Positions 24,924-39,700 of a stretch of DNA of 64,000 nucleotides are shown here, in pieces. The notes beneath the pieces are model-generated. The model was not told where the DNA came from, did not search any database, and saw nothing but the letters and a program-made list of their open reading frames with translations. Location of the stretch: positions 5,239,009-5,303,008 of the forward strand of contig CM082591.2 in the NCBI GenBank assembly GCA_040954595.2, given 5' to 3'. Positions within the stretch are counted from its first letter, which is position 1. Each line of letters starts with the position of its first letter. Both the position numbers and the translations under genes were made by a program. The DNA comes from Balanoglossus misakiensis (lineage: Eukaryota; Animalia; Hemichordata).

Positions 24924-27900
24924 TTGCCACAGCAACGGCACACAGGTGATGATGGAGAAGAGGTCATCACCGCCGTGGTTACCATCTACCCGCTGAGAAT
25001 GTTTGTCTTGTCCATTAGAGTGTGACTATTCCTCCGTAGCTATACAGAAATTTTTTCCAGTAAGATTTTGTAAACAGTCAGACACCGCAAGAGAGAGATT
25101 TTGAAACCTCGGAAGACTCTATTGTTGCTGTGGTAACAGAGGCTGGTTGTCATGGTGACCGTTACCCGGGAAGCAAACAGTCTACCGCAACAACGATACA
25201 CTTACCTTTCAAAAAAATCCAACAACTCAAAGACAAAAAAACAGAGTTCACTTTTCAAAAATATCCATTGTTTTTTTTTATAACAAAACAGTAAAAATAT
25301 TATCAGTCTGTTTTAAGTATATAAATTATCATGAACCCAGGCAGCATTGGGACTGCCATGTAATGGTTATTCAGCCAACAAGTCACAATTTGTCTGTTTG
25401 ACTGCAAAGCAAAAAAAAAACTTACTGCAGAATTTGTAAGCATATCAGTGCAACATAGGAAATATATTTACCTTGACTTGATCTTTCGACATCACAATGA
25501 AAAAAACAAAGGTGTTTTTGCAAGTAATTGTAGTGCTCCAGTATTTTAACAACTGTCTCTGCAGCGCACGAGCTCAGTGTAGCAATTTATACAAATTATG
25601 GTCCAATTTTTTTTTTCAACTTTACCAGTGTCCTGTCTTTGGCCGACAATGATTTCTTTCTACGATTGTTATGCACTTTTGCCTTTATTATTATTTTTTT
25701 CAGTTGTTTATGCGACAGGTGAATACATTGCCTGCCTTTTTACCCATTCGTATGTGACCCTCCAACCCCCTTGGGTACCTGCCGAGTGGACTTGACCCTG
25801 CATAGAAATCTACTGGGCTATTCTATTCTGTGGTTCACTTGAAGGGTGTTACAGGATGGTATGTGTGGGGGTGGGTGAAGCCATGAGATAAAAAACCAGG
25901 GTCTCAAACATAGCAGGCAGCTGGGTACTGCCACACAAGGCTTGGATTATTGAATCAGAGATGGGAATAAATTAAGAATGATATCATGAAGCAAGGGCAA
26001 GTGACACAGTTAATTTTTTAAACAGGGTTGCCTGTACTCCTGTCAACCTGGGCAGGACCCTGACTAACTTGATTCCTGTGTTGCCCTTGAAATTTCAACC
26101 GTGTACCAAAAGATTTCACCAAGCGATGAAACCCTGATATTGTGGATTTATATAGACCAATGCAATCAAGTTTTACGTCAAACCGCAAGTTTCAGATAAA
26201 TTATATTATGCAAGTAGTCAAAGATGGCCACACAATGCAGTGATTGATTTGACATATGAAGGGGTAAAGACGCATGCAATTTTTAAAGGGTATTTGAACA
26301 TGACAACATTTGCAATAGTAGTGAAATAAATCTTACCAAATAATAAATTTTTTGTGGCTTATTTATATGAAAATGATTCTTTTTTACGTCATTTCTATAC
26401 GTTATGTGATTTATTATTGGGTTAAGTAGATTGCACTGACTTCACGAATCAAATGTCTTGTTTGACAGATTAACTTTTTTAAGAACATCTAAAATATCTG
26501 TAAAAGCGTTGGTCAGAAGCTGATTTTTTTACTAACAAGCAAATCTGTTATTCCAGAGTGTCTTGCAGTCTTGCCAATTTTTCTTACAACACTTGAAACT
26601 ATGTGACTGCAGAAAAGGAATTTGAATGGCAATATTTTCATCAGAAAAATTGCAATTTGCATCGATGAAAACATAATTAATTTGATTACCAAGTTGGGCT
26701 ATTGTGTCAACTTGCAACGGATGGCGATAATTTGATGAGATTTCAGAGCGAAATAAGAATATGAATTAAGACAAAAATTTTCAAGGAATTGGGCTGATTA
26801 AATCTGAAGATTGACAACACATGTTCAACAGAATGGTTATTTACAATGAATCAACTATAATTGTACAATATAAGAATTATTTTTCATGTGAGATGTGTTG
26901 TTGGAAAATTGAGATGAAAAGAAATATCCAGCCACTGCCCCCAAATCTTTCAGGCACTTGTTCACTAAATATTTTGAAACCTGTGAAAATTTTACTATAT
27001 TAGTAAAGAAAACAGGACATTTCTGTTATTTTTTTTTACATTCACCAAAAATCTCCCAGAATGAAATAATAATGAACTGCTCATGTAAACAATTGTGAAT
27101 GTATCTGTACAATCATTGGAACTATTTTCATGAAAAACAGGCAGTGGGTGGATAGTCGTGAGTTGGGAGCAGTCACATAGTATTGCTGTCATATCCATGA
27201 GCACACCTGCACTACTTTTTTTTCTTCTCTGTGTCTGTCAATAGAGGGCGGTGATAGAAATTCTCGATGCTCTAGTTTATATCTAATCTGTACTTTCTCT
27301 GTGTGGGATTGTATTTGTCCTGTGTCAGTAGAAGAAAATAATAAAAAAATAAAGGAAATACACATACCAATTTGAGCTTGATGTGTTTGTGTTGTGCGTT
27401 CAGAGATTGTAGCGTGGATAATTCTAACCAAGCTAGGGGTCCTACTTGCCGCCACTATTCCCCCTAGCTAGGTTAGCAACAATCTCTGAAGGGAGAATGG
27501 CCGATCATCTTGTGACTCCATTTTGCAATAATGTGAAAGTGCCCACGTTGGGCATTAAGATGTACAGTAAATACTTTCGTGGCATTAGTTGTTGGTCATA
27601 TCCACGTACAAATTGAGTACTATAAATGAATTTAGAATAGATTTTATTCTCCAACCATTACCCACATACATGTTAATGACCACCTGTAGATCGTGGAAAC
27701 TTGCCCATAGCAGCCACTTTGTCACAGTCCCTGAACACTTTACATGTGCATGTCATGTACCTGTGTACGAGGAACAGCAATAGGATTATCCTTTTACCGG
27801 CCACTACAGAGGTTTTACTATATCGCAACAAAAATGAGAGAAAGGTTATATATTGTTATATTACATGTACACTAAGATCCCTTGCAATGGCGCTGAAATT

Positions 27901-28157
27901 TTATAAAGTCTAAGTGTAACACTCATTTTTACACAGTAATTCTGAATGTCAAACTTTCATATGTTGTAAACTACATGGCGGAGCTCGTGAAATGGAGCAG
28001 ACCATTCATGATTAGGTGTCTAGCTAAAAATGTTTGTGGTGGAAACCAATGTGTCCGGGGAGGGTGACAATGGAAGTTCCTTTTGAAGAAAAAATGACAA
28101 AGGCAAAGAAAGTGTCTACCGGCTGTTATTGTGTACACCCCGAATACATGTCGCCGA

Positions 28158-31100
28158 CTAATATGTCTTCTTTTCCTGGCTAACAACGAATAAGACCTTC
28201 TGGATAAAATTTCCAACCGTATCTGCGGGTAAACAGGGAATAAGCAATCAGTTACTAAACAAACACGCTCTTGTCAGTTGGCTGTGGATATGCAAATTGG
28301 GGATTGGCTGTCTTGCTGAACAGGTGCGGACTGGGATGGGGTGGTCGCATGATTCACTGTCGCTGCAATTATGTAATCATGAATATGCATGACTAATGAA
28401 TCAACACTCTGCAAGGCATAACAAGGAGAGGTCCCACTCACCACTTGCTTTGTAGAAAGCAGCCGGTTTATTCCAACGGCCCAAATAGTACAGTGGTACA
28501 CCGGTCAGTATGATTCCTATGCCAATACCAAATTCAGTTGGTGAAACTATGATAGCCGTGACGAACAGGTACACTGTTATCAGGAGGTATATTACGGGTA
28601 TCACAAGGGGTACCTGAAAGAAATATTAATATTTTGCCATGTTTTTTAGTCGAGCTTAGACTTTTTGAAGAGGTATAAAGAAACAACAACAGCAACAACA
28701 ACTCACTCACTCACTCACTCGCTGTATCCACTCACCTTGAAAGGTCGTTTAAGATCAGGTCGCGTAAACCGCATATAGATGAGTGCGGCAAAAGAGATTA
28801 TTGAAAACAGAGACAAGGCAATAGTTGAATAAGTCAGGAGTTTGTAGATCCCTGTTCCGAGGTAATCCGAAACGAGCATTACAATCTGAAATTAGACAAA
28901 GCATACAGAAGATACAACTTTGAATCACGTCAGGTGTTGAATAAAGAACGATTTTTTTTGTAGAAGTATGTACATAATTCCAGAAAAAACAGACACACAG
29001 AGATACATAAATTTTGAAATTCCGTCAAATGATTGATTTAAAAATTAAAGTACGACTATGGAAAATCACACTCCCAGATTTCAGAAAACTCATTGTTTTT
29101 TTTTACGTTCATATTTTTAAAGAACGCTACATAAAGATACAGCCAATGTGTTATTGAGGACTCGTGTGTCCAAATTAATTTCTCAGGAGAAAACTCACCA
29201 CAGTAAGAATTGCACATAACAGCAGCGATGGCATTGGTGTCCTGTGATCAACGTGTATCATACCAATCGTGGCGGGGAGGTGTCCGTCACGAGCAGAAGC
29301 AAAAAAGATCCTACAGCAAATAAAATCAACGATTTCAGGATTTGGCGAGATTTGAAGCACAAACAATACAGTCCATGGTAACTGTGGCTAAGTATCCATA
29401 GGTGATAGTGTACCTGTAATACTTCCTTAGACTCAACGTGATGCACCTGCATGGAGTTCACCCCCCCCCCCCCCCCCAGAAAAAAAATCCTGTGCGAGCG
29501 ACACCTACCTTGAAAACGTTAAGACTGAACCGTGAGTGGCACCAAATATCGATATTGCTACAAATGCGGGGAGAATCCACGAATAGGAACCAAATGCGTA
29601 GTCCGCAAATTTCTGAATTGAAAAAAAGAAGACCTAATGAAATCACCATCACCACCACAACCACCACCACCACCATCAGTAAGCGTATACCACAAGTTCG
29701 ACTGTTACTATGTAAGCTTAATACAACACTTGACCCACCACGCCCACGGCACGTGAAGCGAGAAGTTCGCCAGGTGAGAGCACAGTGAAGTAGGCAATGT
29801 TCGCCAGTACGTATAGTACAGTGATGATGGTTATTGAGCTGACGATGGCTATGGGCACATCTCGGACAGGGTTTTTCAACTCCTCGGTTAACGTGTTAAG
29901 TGAGGCCCTGGAACAAAAAGAGACGCGAAAATGAATGTGACTGTTGTTCGTGTGTATCAAGTGCTGAAGCCCGTCGCGACAGACAGACAGACTGACTGAC
30001 AGACTGACAGACGTATACATAAAATATCATACCCCAAAACCTACCATCCTGAATATGCATACATTGATTGGTAGAAAGCCACAGATACATCCATAAAAGA
30101 ATCTGGCTTCATATTGAAGGCGTCTTCTAGATGCTGTGTTTCCCCTGTCAATGAATGAAATGAATTACTGATAAAAAATTATCACAGGCAACATTTATGG
30201 CCACATTTCGTACCACAAAACAAACCTTTTATAGCTGTAAGTGTGATGTGTGTCAACATTTTAGCAACAATGGAATGCATGCATGCTCGTGCATGTATAT
30301 ATGTCACAGTGAACCGGGGGTCAGGGGTCAAAGATGTGAAGGAATATCTTACCTTCTGTCAGCTTAATAATTCCAGTGACGATTATAATTAGCAAGCCAG
30401 TAACCTTGGCGACTGTAAATATGTTCTGAACAGAAGTCGCGGCAATTACTTTCCAACAATTTGCAAAATAAATAAGACCTAAGCATAAAATTAGAAAAAA
30501 AAGAGTTGTAATGCATCTGGATACTGTTGCAAGGCTGCGCACTTAAAAATGACCAGCAATTAACACAAGTGGAACTATTTTGGGATAATTGCATACCGCT
30601 AAAATGTGTACAAAACTATTAATGTCGTTGTACTTGATGAGAATGTGCTATTTCTGTCATTGTTCGAACAAAACAAATTAAAACAAAATGATAAATATGT
30701 CGAGTGTGTAGGCTACATGCGGTGTGCTGAGAGTTTTACAGAGTTTATACCATGCAATTATCCCAAAATGAGCTCACTCATTGACTTTTTGACCAATACC
30801 ATAACATGTTTTATTGCCTTTATACAAGATCCGGTCGACAGCATATGACAAATAACACAGAGAAGGAGACACAAGTATTGGGAAACAAATTCATACCAAT
30901 GACAGGACTATAGGAGAAATTTCCTTTGAAAAATATTGGATTGATCCGGTACTCTGCTTTCATGGAGCTCGAGGTATATTTGCTTCATGGAGACAGCCAT
31001 ATTCGAGTTAAAACTTATTTATTATTAATTGCTTAACTATTTACGCGAACGTTTCTGTCATTTATGTTTGATAACCAACCACTCGGCAGGAAATCTTACA

Positions 31101-31719
31101 TGATTGAGATACTTCTCGTATGATTGTTCAACCATTCGACAAAGTTAAAGCGCAGCTTTAACGGGATTTGGTTTTATCCTAAATTAAGTCAAAGCTATCC
31201 AAAGGTGGAAGTTGAAATATCCGACCTATGTGACTCACCCAAGCAGATGAATGCAATCGCCATGTACGTTATTTCGGGTGGACTGCAACCCGGGAAGATG
31301 GGCTGGACTATGTAGCGTGCGGTGGAGATGAACAGGATTGTGCATCCGACGGGAAGAGTTATCAGAAGATAATTCCACACCAGTAGAAAAGCCAGCAAAG
31401 GTCCGAACGCCTCCCTCACGTACGTGTACGTGCCGCCCGACTTCCCGAAGGTGGTGCCCAGCTCGGCGTAGGACAGACCGCCGAGCATGACGATGACGCC
31501 GCTCACCGCCCAGACAACCAGCGACATCCCCACGGACTTGGTGTGCAGCAGGACCCCCTTCGGGGAGATGAAGATACCCGAACCGATGACGTTCCCCACG
31601 ATAATCGTGATGCAGAAGAACAGACTCATCTCTTTCTTCATCGCCACTTTGTTATCGTCTTGGCGGTCGACGGCAATTGCATCTTCCACGCCGGACTGCT
31701 TTGGTCGCTTGTCTGCCAT
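28158..31719 (-). CDS. SLC7-family (LAT/y+LAT/b0,+AT/xCT-like) heteromeric amino-acid transporter light chain
   Basis: Exons 31239-31719 (IGSGIFISPKGVL, YAELG, PIFPGC with the heavy-chain-linking Cys), 30353-30478, 30045-30144 (AYSGW), 29739-29907 (EELKNP), 29509-29612, 29199-29310 (ARDGHLP), 28736-28885 (RPDLKRPFK), 28442-28613, 28158-28222 (FIQKVLFVV...TY*). Exact vertebrate ortholog not assignable. Confidence 0.92.
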
Positions 31720-33010
31720 TTGGATAATTCACCGTGTCTAACAGTCAGCAACTACTGGTCCAGGATTAAAACACAGATGCTTGCGAAAATTGATATCGAA
31801 TGGCCTCTATACTGTATGCAAAACTTTTGAATTTATAACATATACAAAAGTATACTATCGAAGCCGTTCCATATATATCGTCATTCGGAAGCACCGGTAA
31901 TCGTGAGTTAGAGTGGATGTTATTCAAATAGCATTACATTTATGGAAAAGGCATATTGCTTTTATTTTATAGGACGAGTGTGTATGCGCCATCAGTCCGT
32001 TGAACATCTATAAGTGGCACAACCGCAATTTTGCACTATTTTAAGCCTCAAAAACAATTTTATGGCGATTCCCGTTGCATTATTGTTCTGGTTTCTTGTT
32101 CTATTCTGTGGTTTCAATTTCTTATTCAATTTTGTTTTTTCAACACGTCCCTCTTGTAGTAATCAGTAATGTAATTGTTTAAAATAATAATAATAATTGA
32201 ATTCATGTTCTGTCATGAATTCATTTATCAACAATAACATAACAATGTCAATTAGGGGCCCACTCATGCATGCAAGGGGTTTAATTGTTGAGAAGCTAAA
32301 GATTGAATATTCATAACGCTACCAAGAGCAGAACAGGAAACCACATTTGATACATGTGAGAAAAATTCAGAAAATAGCCAAAAGTTTAGTTACTGGGGCT
32401 TTAATACCAACGGTATATTATATAGGTTATTACAATGGTCTTATGTATTATATATCTGTCACAAATTTCACTGCACCATAAATCGCTTTAGATACCTCTC
32501 AAATAAGGTGTCATCACATACCTGGCAAACAAGAACAATTCTCCCTACCTCAAATAGGTTTTCGCTACCTAGGGGTGATGAAAAACTCATATGGTCGACG
32601 CAATTTCAAGATGGTCGATATTTACCATGTTTAACAAATGCTAAAGTGATACTGGGTCATCTTGAAACTTTGTTTACTAAAAAAATAAATAACAAAATGT
32701 GAAAAAAGTTGAATCTATACAAAGACAGACATTGTTGACGACAGGAAGTCGTTTAATACAGTCAACGTATCATTTCTTCTATCTCTTACTACCGTGTGAG
32801 TTGTCGACCTTTTACCAAGAATGCACGTATTATAAATTGATTTTACCCCCCAGCAGAAAATGAACACCTATTTAGGCAGCCAGAAATAACTTACGCGACC
32901 CTTCTCTTATTTTAATTTCATTTTTATGGATTCGAGAAAATTTAAACCAGCGTCTGTATTTTTAAATCTGTCAGCTGGTAGCAGGGTTAAGCGCTCGATA
33001 AATGTGTCGT

Positions 33011-33122
33011 TGGCCTATTTTGAGTAATTGAGAAACAATGGCCTATAGTGAGTAATTTGGAAACAATGGCCTATAGTGAGTAATTGGGAAACAATGGCCT
33101 ATAGTGAGTAATTGAGAAACAA
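33011..33122. repeat. 28-bp minisatellite x4
   Basis: TGGCCTATAGTGAGTAATTGAGAAACAA repeated four times with minor variation. Confidence 0.9.
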
Positions 33123-36100
33123 AGGTCTCTGCTCACCGTGTACCACTTACGTGAATCCGTCCTGTCCAGTATAATCCTAGACCTCCAAAGATGCGGTTAG
33201 GCTAAGAACTTAGAACAACCACTCCATATACCTTGATACCGATTAGACGCAGCTCAGTCACTCTATATTTTGAAAATCTAAACAGCTTCTGTGCGGACAG
33301 CGTCTTGTCCCCCGGTAATTTATTCGGAAGAGGTGGACCATTTGACATACGGGAGGGGTGGGGTGTGATTGAAAGAGCAATAAAATTGTTGATAGTCAAC
33401 TGTAAAAAATCGTTTCTGCTTTATAAAGGAAGCTTTTGTGCGGGCTCAATTATTGTTGTGTTTAGTTAAAATACGTATCACGATTAATGAGACATTTTCA
33501 TGAGCTCCAGATATTAAGCGTGTTTTGTCCAGTACTGCACCCATGATACGTGTAACGCATGACCCCCTTTTCGAATGCCTAAGTCGAAGTTGTATATTTT
33601 AGCGCTTTGAAGTGTTTGGAGATAATTGCAGTACGCATACAATGTGCATTGTATGCAAAAAGCTCAGCACGGGGCACTCACTATGCACCTGCTGTATTTA
33701 CCACTTTGTTTAGTGCCAAAAAGCACGATTATGACATTCTCCTATAAAGCACAACAAACTGTGCTCCTCTTAGTATATTAATCAACCCAAGATATTTCAT
33801 GTCGTGTTTCTATGCAGGCACTGCCATTGTGCACAGTGTTTGACGCATTGCCAAAAATCGATTACAGAGAGTCTTAATTGAATGATATATGACCATAATA
33901 TGTACCGCATATGTTATCTGGAACGGGTCCACAATCTTAAACTTGCCAAAACTGTGCTTATTTATTGCTAAAGTAACTCATGATTGTCGTTTATTTACTG
34001 TGTTGTGGACCTGAAAATTTCTTACCTTCAATTACTATATACACTTTTGCGGGATACTTATCGGGCCAAGGTTATCTGGAGGTCAAGGAAAGCAGACGGT
34101 CCTTGAGAAGTTTACCTGTTTGTTGGCATAATATATGAACCGATAGGTTTATTAGTTTATTGGCAGTTTCGCAAGTGATATGATCTTTGTAATAGTGTTT
34201 ACTCTAACGAGCTCTTGTTACCAGTCGGTTCGGTTTTACTGCAGTTCACAATAGAATACTAGCGCTTTAAAAATAACGTGACATGGTGGTTTATAACGTG
34301 CACAATAAACTTTGTCGTGATATATTATTCCACGAGGTGTATACCATAGTGTTGCAATGCAAAACAACTCAAAACGCATGCATACGCAGGTCATTGGTGT
34401 GGACAGCACTTGATGCTTGAAAACATGAAAGAACTTGAAATCGCAGGCAGTATCTCCCTCCACCTGTGTGCCCCCCCCCCCCTTCTATTTACATTACAAA
34501 GCAGAACGTCCAGCTGTGGTGCGGAAACTACTAGTATAACGCCAGTCCGCTACCAGATACCACACCATATGAAACGTTGTGCTCGCTGAGGTGCTCAGGC
34601 TATTAAAGTAGTTCTTACTCGTCGAGCTGTTCGGCTGATAAACTTTGGATTTGCTTGACAATACGGCACGTTTGATTTTCTATTCGCTCTTTACTTGCAC
34701 CAAGAAGAAAGGCTTATACAGATTTCCTGTGGAGATATACTTTCAAGAGCGTATGTCAGTCGATGGGAAAGCCGCCGCATCCGTGTATTATTGGCGTATC
34801 ACGCCCCGGCCGGATCTACTTTTTTATTCTGCCTGCGTCTGCGCCAGTCTGGTCCCCTGCTCAATTCCCACCGATGGCTGCGCTACGCTACTACATATGG
34901 CGGGTATATGCGCGTGGTTTAAGATTATTTTTCCGGTACCGGCAATCATAATTCATTTGTCAACTCGTTTGGGTATTTTGGGGGAATTTTCAACCTCATC
35001 TGATTGCGGCGACGCTCTCAAAACTGAAGGATCGTCAGCCAGGGAACAGCGCATGTGCATGACGTTCTCAGTTCTAAAGAACAATCGGACCATGGATATT
35101 TAAAACACGTGTTTGACCTCAAACTTCCTCCTCGCTCCCCAATACAAACGTTTGTGTTTGTTGAGCTCCAAAATCTGAGATGGCCCCTAAGGTAGTATGC
35201 CCGTCAGAACATGAACACTACAATTACAAACATAGAGAGTACGACTACATGCGACTATAAAATCTAAATGTCAATTTATTGATCCCATTTTCAGAAAATA
35301 TGTCATGTTGGTTAAAACTATCAGCCACATATTCACATGTATTTGCAAATTGTCTCAGGCTGTTTCTGTCTTCTTATAGTTACGGGAAATGAAGCTAGCG
35401 GCCTACCCTAATCAATAAGCCAAATCAATAAACTCATTGCTGCCAAGGAACTACAGGTACCCATTAAAGATGTACGATACATTAAATTTAAAACTATTGA
35501 CATTTATTCTTTTTAGTGAGTATAATAAAATATGTGACAAAATTAGTTGAGCTATGTGTAAGACTTAATGAAAATGACAATGTAGTCCCACGGAAACAAA
35601 CAAATTCCATGGGCATGTTGTGTAGTACATCCCTAACACTGAATTGTGAATATGTATAGTAAATAATGTGACAGTAACATCTACACAAGTAGACAGTGAT
35701 GGCATCTAAATATGGGTGGGCCTGTACAGGCCTCAGACTTGTCTGAAATTTGCAAGTGGTGGCGCTGCCTCCGACTCTCCTTTCAATGCCATAAACTGTA
35801 ATTACCATAAGAACAATTTATACTACTATGTGGAGAATCCTAAAATGGATAGCTTTCAAACTTACTGTAAAAAATCCATTCATATGCTCAGCTTACACAG
35901 CAATGTGCCAAGGTAATTACAAGACAAATTTACTACAACTAAAACAAAACAAGAAAATATGCACCCCTGACAAAATAAGCACATTTATATTGCACCTGTC
36001 GCACAATTTTAGTGTCATTTTCTTCAAACCTCAAAAGGAACTCGATTTGAAAAAAGTGTGGAACAGAAACTAGTCAAAAAGACTCTACAGTTATTTTTTG

Positions 36101-36766
36101 CTCCATCTAAAAGAAGAAATTCATACTGCTTGCATTAAGATGCCATATTTGAAAATTTCTTTCATAATAAAAATGAATTTGCAGCTTACACTACAAATTG
36201 ACTGTAAAAATAAGAAAACAAATACATGTATGTGCGTTTACACAGCGAGTACTAAAAAGATATCTGTGTATAGAAGAAAAGTACGACAAAAATGCTAGTC
36301 ACACCATAGATGACACACCTGTGATGGAACTGTGTTTTTAATTATACTACAACTCCTGTTCAAAAGTATCAACCAAACATTCCATTGGCAGCTGAAAGGT
36401 CCATTCTGAAAATTATTGTTTCGGATATAAATTCCGCATACATAGTTAATTAAAACTGAGGTATCAAATGAATGCTCTCTATTCTTAAATAACACTGCCT
36501 GCTTCAAAGGCAACAAAAACTTCCTGTTTCCAATCATCCAGTGAGCAAGTAGCACAAATATCACAATCTAGATATCTTCATGACCTTTCACATACAGGCA
36601 TTTTCATTGGTGGATATGACAGACATGTTCCTTGATGAAAGAGTCCAGTAGCCAATTGGATTATACAAATTCAGATATACCACTTGTATCACACTGTTTA
36701 CTTTTGGATGTGGTCCCACCTCTACCAAATCGAGGTTATTGTGTACATGTAACAAAAGTTTAAGGA

Positions 36767-39700
36767 TCACGATAAGCTGAGTTCTTCGTCAGATTTTGAC
36801 TTTTCTTTATTCCATTTCTTGTCCGTGTCGCCATTCCTTCCATGGCGCTCCAAGTTTCCGTCTTCCAATTCGCATGCCGGTCTGTATCTGGTTTTCCCTG
36901 ACGCGTCCTTGTACTGTAACAATGGGTTGCGTGTTGTGTTGTCCATACTACCCAGAGAGGAGTACCTGAGATGAAACATATTAAAGATTATTCCTCTTTT
37001 AAAAGGTACTATTACCACTACAATAAAACCTGTCTAAATCAAACCCATCCAATCTGGAAACCTAACTATACCAAACACATTTTTCAGTCCCTTTCATATA
37101 GAACAACATGGTAAAAGAACCTCTGCCAACCGAACAAATTTTCAGTCCTGATGGTGTCCAGTTAACACATGTCACATTGTACATGTACTCCTAAAAATAT
37201 GCAACCCCATTCCTACATGTAAATCATTGTGACATATACTTTAAAATGGAAGTGATGTCATTCGGTCCTTGTCGTATATTTTTTGTGTATGCAGAAAGGA
37301 AAACTGGTCTGCATGTTGAAGTCAGACAAATTCACTCAAATCACACAAACAAAAGTAGCACACATACCCTCGGTCATAGAGAATACAATATGGTATGAAG
37401 AGCTGACGCAGAAACTTCCAGACATATCGATACTCCCAGGGAAGCAGTGGGTTCACTCGCATGTACGTCGGCCAGTCTGCATCAGTCATTGTGAACGCAC
37501 TCAATTTTGCTGAAATAAAAGCGTGTAAAAACAGTGAGGAGAATTTCCCAATAATATGTGATGTGATCACATTGAGAACTTTTAAAACTCAACTTGTGTG
37601 CGATAATCTTGCCCATCTGAGAAGCCTTGCCACAAGAAACACATCCTTGCAGGAATAAAATGATTGAAAAAAAATAAAAAAATAACAGCAAACTCACTGG
37701 AGTAAGGGTCTGCTTTTCTGGTGCCCATGAGAATGGCTTTGATTTGCGGCTCCTCTACCGTTAACTGAGCGAGGGCGTCCTTCATTCGTTTCTGGATTTG
37801 GATCGGTTTCAAGTTATACCTGCACACAGAAGGGAAAAAATCGACGTGTTTGTATACAGTCATAGATAAAATCAGCAAACATTATTTAAGATCAAGATGA
37901 GATAGTGACCCTATCAAATACGCATTTCATTTGAGTTAGACTGTCTGTACAGCAGCAACATTCAATTTACTATATTAATTAATTTAATCGTAGAACTTCC
38001 ATGTAGAGTGTGCTATAGTCTATATATGAGTTTGTAGAGACTGGGATACATATGCTATTCAATGACAATTTTGATAAATAAAGAAATTAAGTTATTCAAA
38101 AATTTACATTGTTGGGCCTCATTATTTATTTATTCAGTCTATTATTTATTAATACATGTTGGTAAATATCAAGTATTCCCTGAAGAGATGTGAATCTTTG
38201 TTGGGATTTCATTCACTATTCCAGCTACATAAAACTTCATTTACCTTTGTATGCAGTCTTGTATGAATCGTTCCACCTCTGGAAATGATGCGTGGGGCCT
38301 GATGTACAGTGCTTGAAGCTTGCCCTCGTAGTCGGGATATTTCCTGTGAATGACAACATCAAAATAATGAATTGATGCAGTGTACAGGTTGGTCTCCCTC
38401 TCTCTCTCTCTCTTTCACTAAAATCACTGCGAATCTATATCATTTCATCGGCACATAAGGCAGTCATGGAGCTTAGCTTCTCTACAAACTTGTAGGGTGA
38501 CATCATCTCATTGATATACAACCCCGGAGAATCTTGTCGTTTTACTGCACTAATGCCATACTTCTTTACGGCAATATCATACCTTTTTACTGCAGCATGG
38601 TACAGATACAACAGAACTGTGCAATCCTTGCCTCCATTGAAGCCCACACAGATCTCCTCCAGCTTGTATCTGTCGAGGCATTCCTCGATGACTTGCACCG
38701 TGTCTCGTAGGTGGTCTATGAAGTCGTCCGGTTCCTCGGACTGCAACATACCGTACACTTTCTCAGTAGACTTGGAAATTGGATCCTTGTCATACGGCAC
38801 CACAAGTTCTGCAACACAGGATTATTTACAAACGTAACACAAGAAAATACAGTGTCATAAGATCAACTCTACCAACTTCTGCCTTATAGCACCAACTTGA
38901 CTGCTTCACATACATAGATTGGACCAAAAAGACAGGCGTTACTGAAAAAACTATACTGAACTCCTTTGATTCCACAAGAATAGATTTTACTACAAAGAAA
39001 TTCTGACTACCAATTTTGCATAGCTGAAAAACAATTCATAAATTTGGTAGCCACAACTGACTCTGTGTGATTGCCCAATGGATACCCGGACAACTGATTA
39101 ACATACCTGATGGCAGTTTGCTCAATAATTCTTCATGAGCTGTAGTCAACAATTCCTCATCTTGACTTTCCAAGGTCAACTTGACTCTGTAATAGCTACA
39201 GATCACAAAAAAGTGAATATACATGGAGTTAGATAGCTGTAACAGCCAAAGTTGATTCTCCAAAGGACGCCCTAATTTTCAGTCGGATTGACTAATGTGA
39301 CCAACATTTACGGTAGATCAAAGCCAAGTGATCCTTTACAGACACAGAAAGAAACCCCATGGAGTCAAAGGTCAGAGTTGAAAGAGTAAAGGTCACACTC
39401 ACCTGCTGACCCAATCTGGGTACGATCCAAGCTGGATGTCGGCCTTGTACTTAGAGTTGAATTCATTGAGAGCGGGCGCTATCGATATTTCATCGGAGCG
39501 CATGTAAATTTCACGAAGATGAAACATGACTTTTGAATCTTGAAAATTGTGCTGCGTGTCAAAAGGACAGAAATAAAATTAATTTTACATTGAAATCGTT
39601 GTAATATATCTTCAAGCAAATTAGAATGACAGAGCTCTATTAACATAACAATTACTATATCATTATGCAAATTAGTTATCACTTTTGTAGAAATTCCTGG

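Noticed and set aside
34645-35103. 152-aa ORF with a THAP-like LYRFP word
   Set aside because: Lacks the THAP C2CH spacing and other conserved residues; probably decayed repeat sequence.
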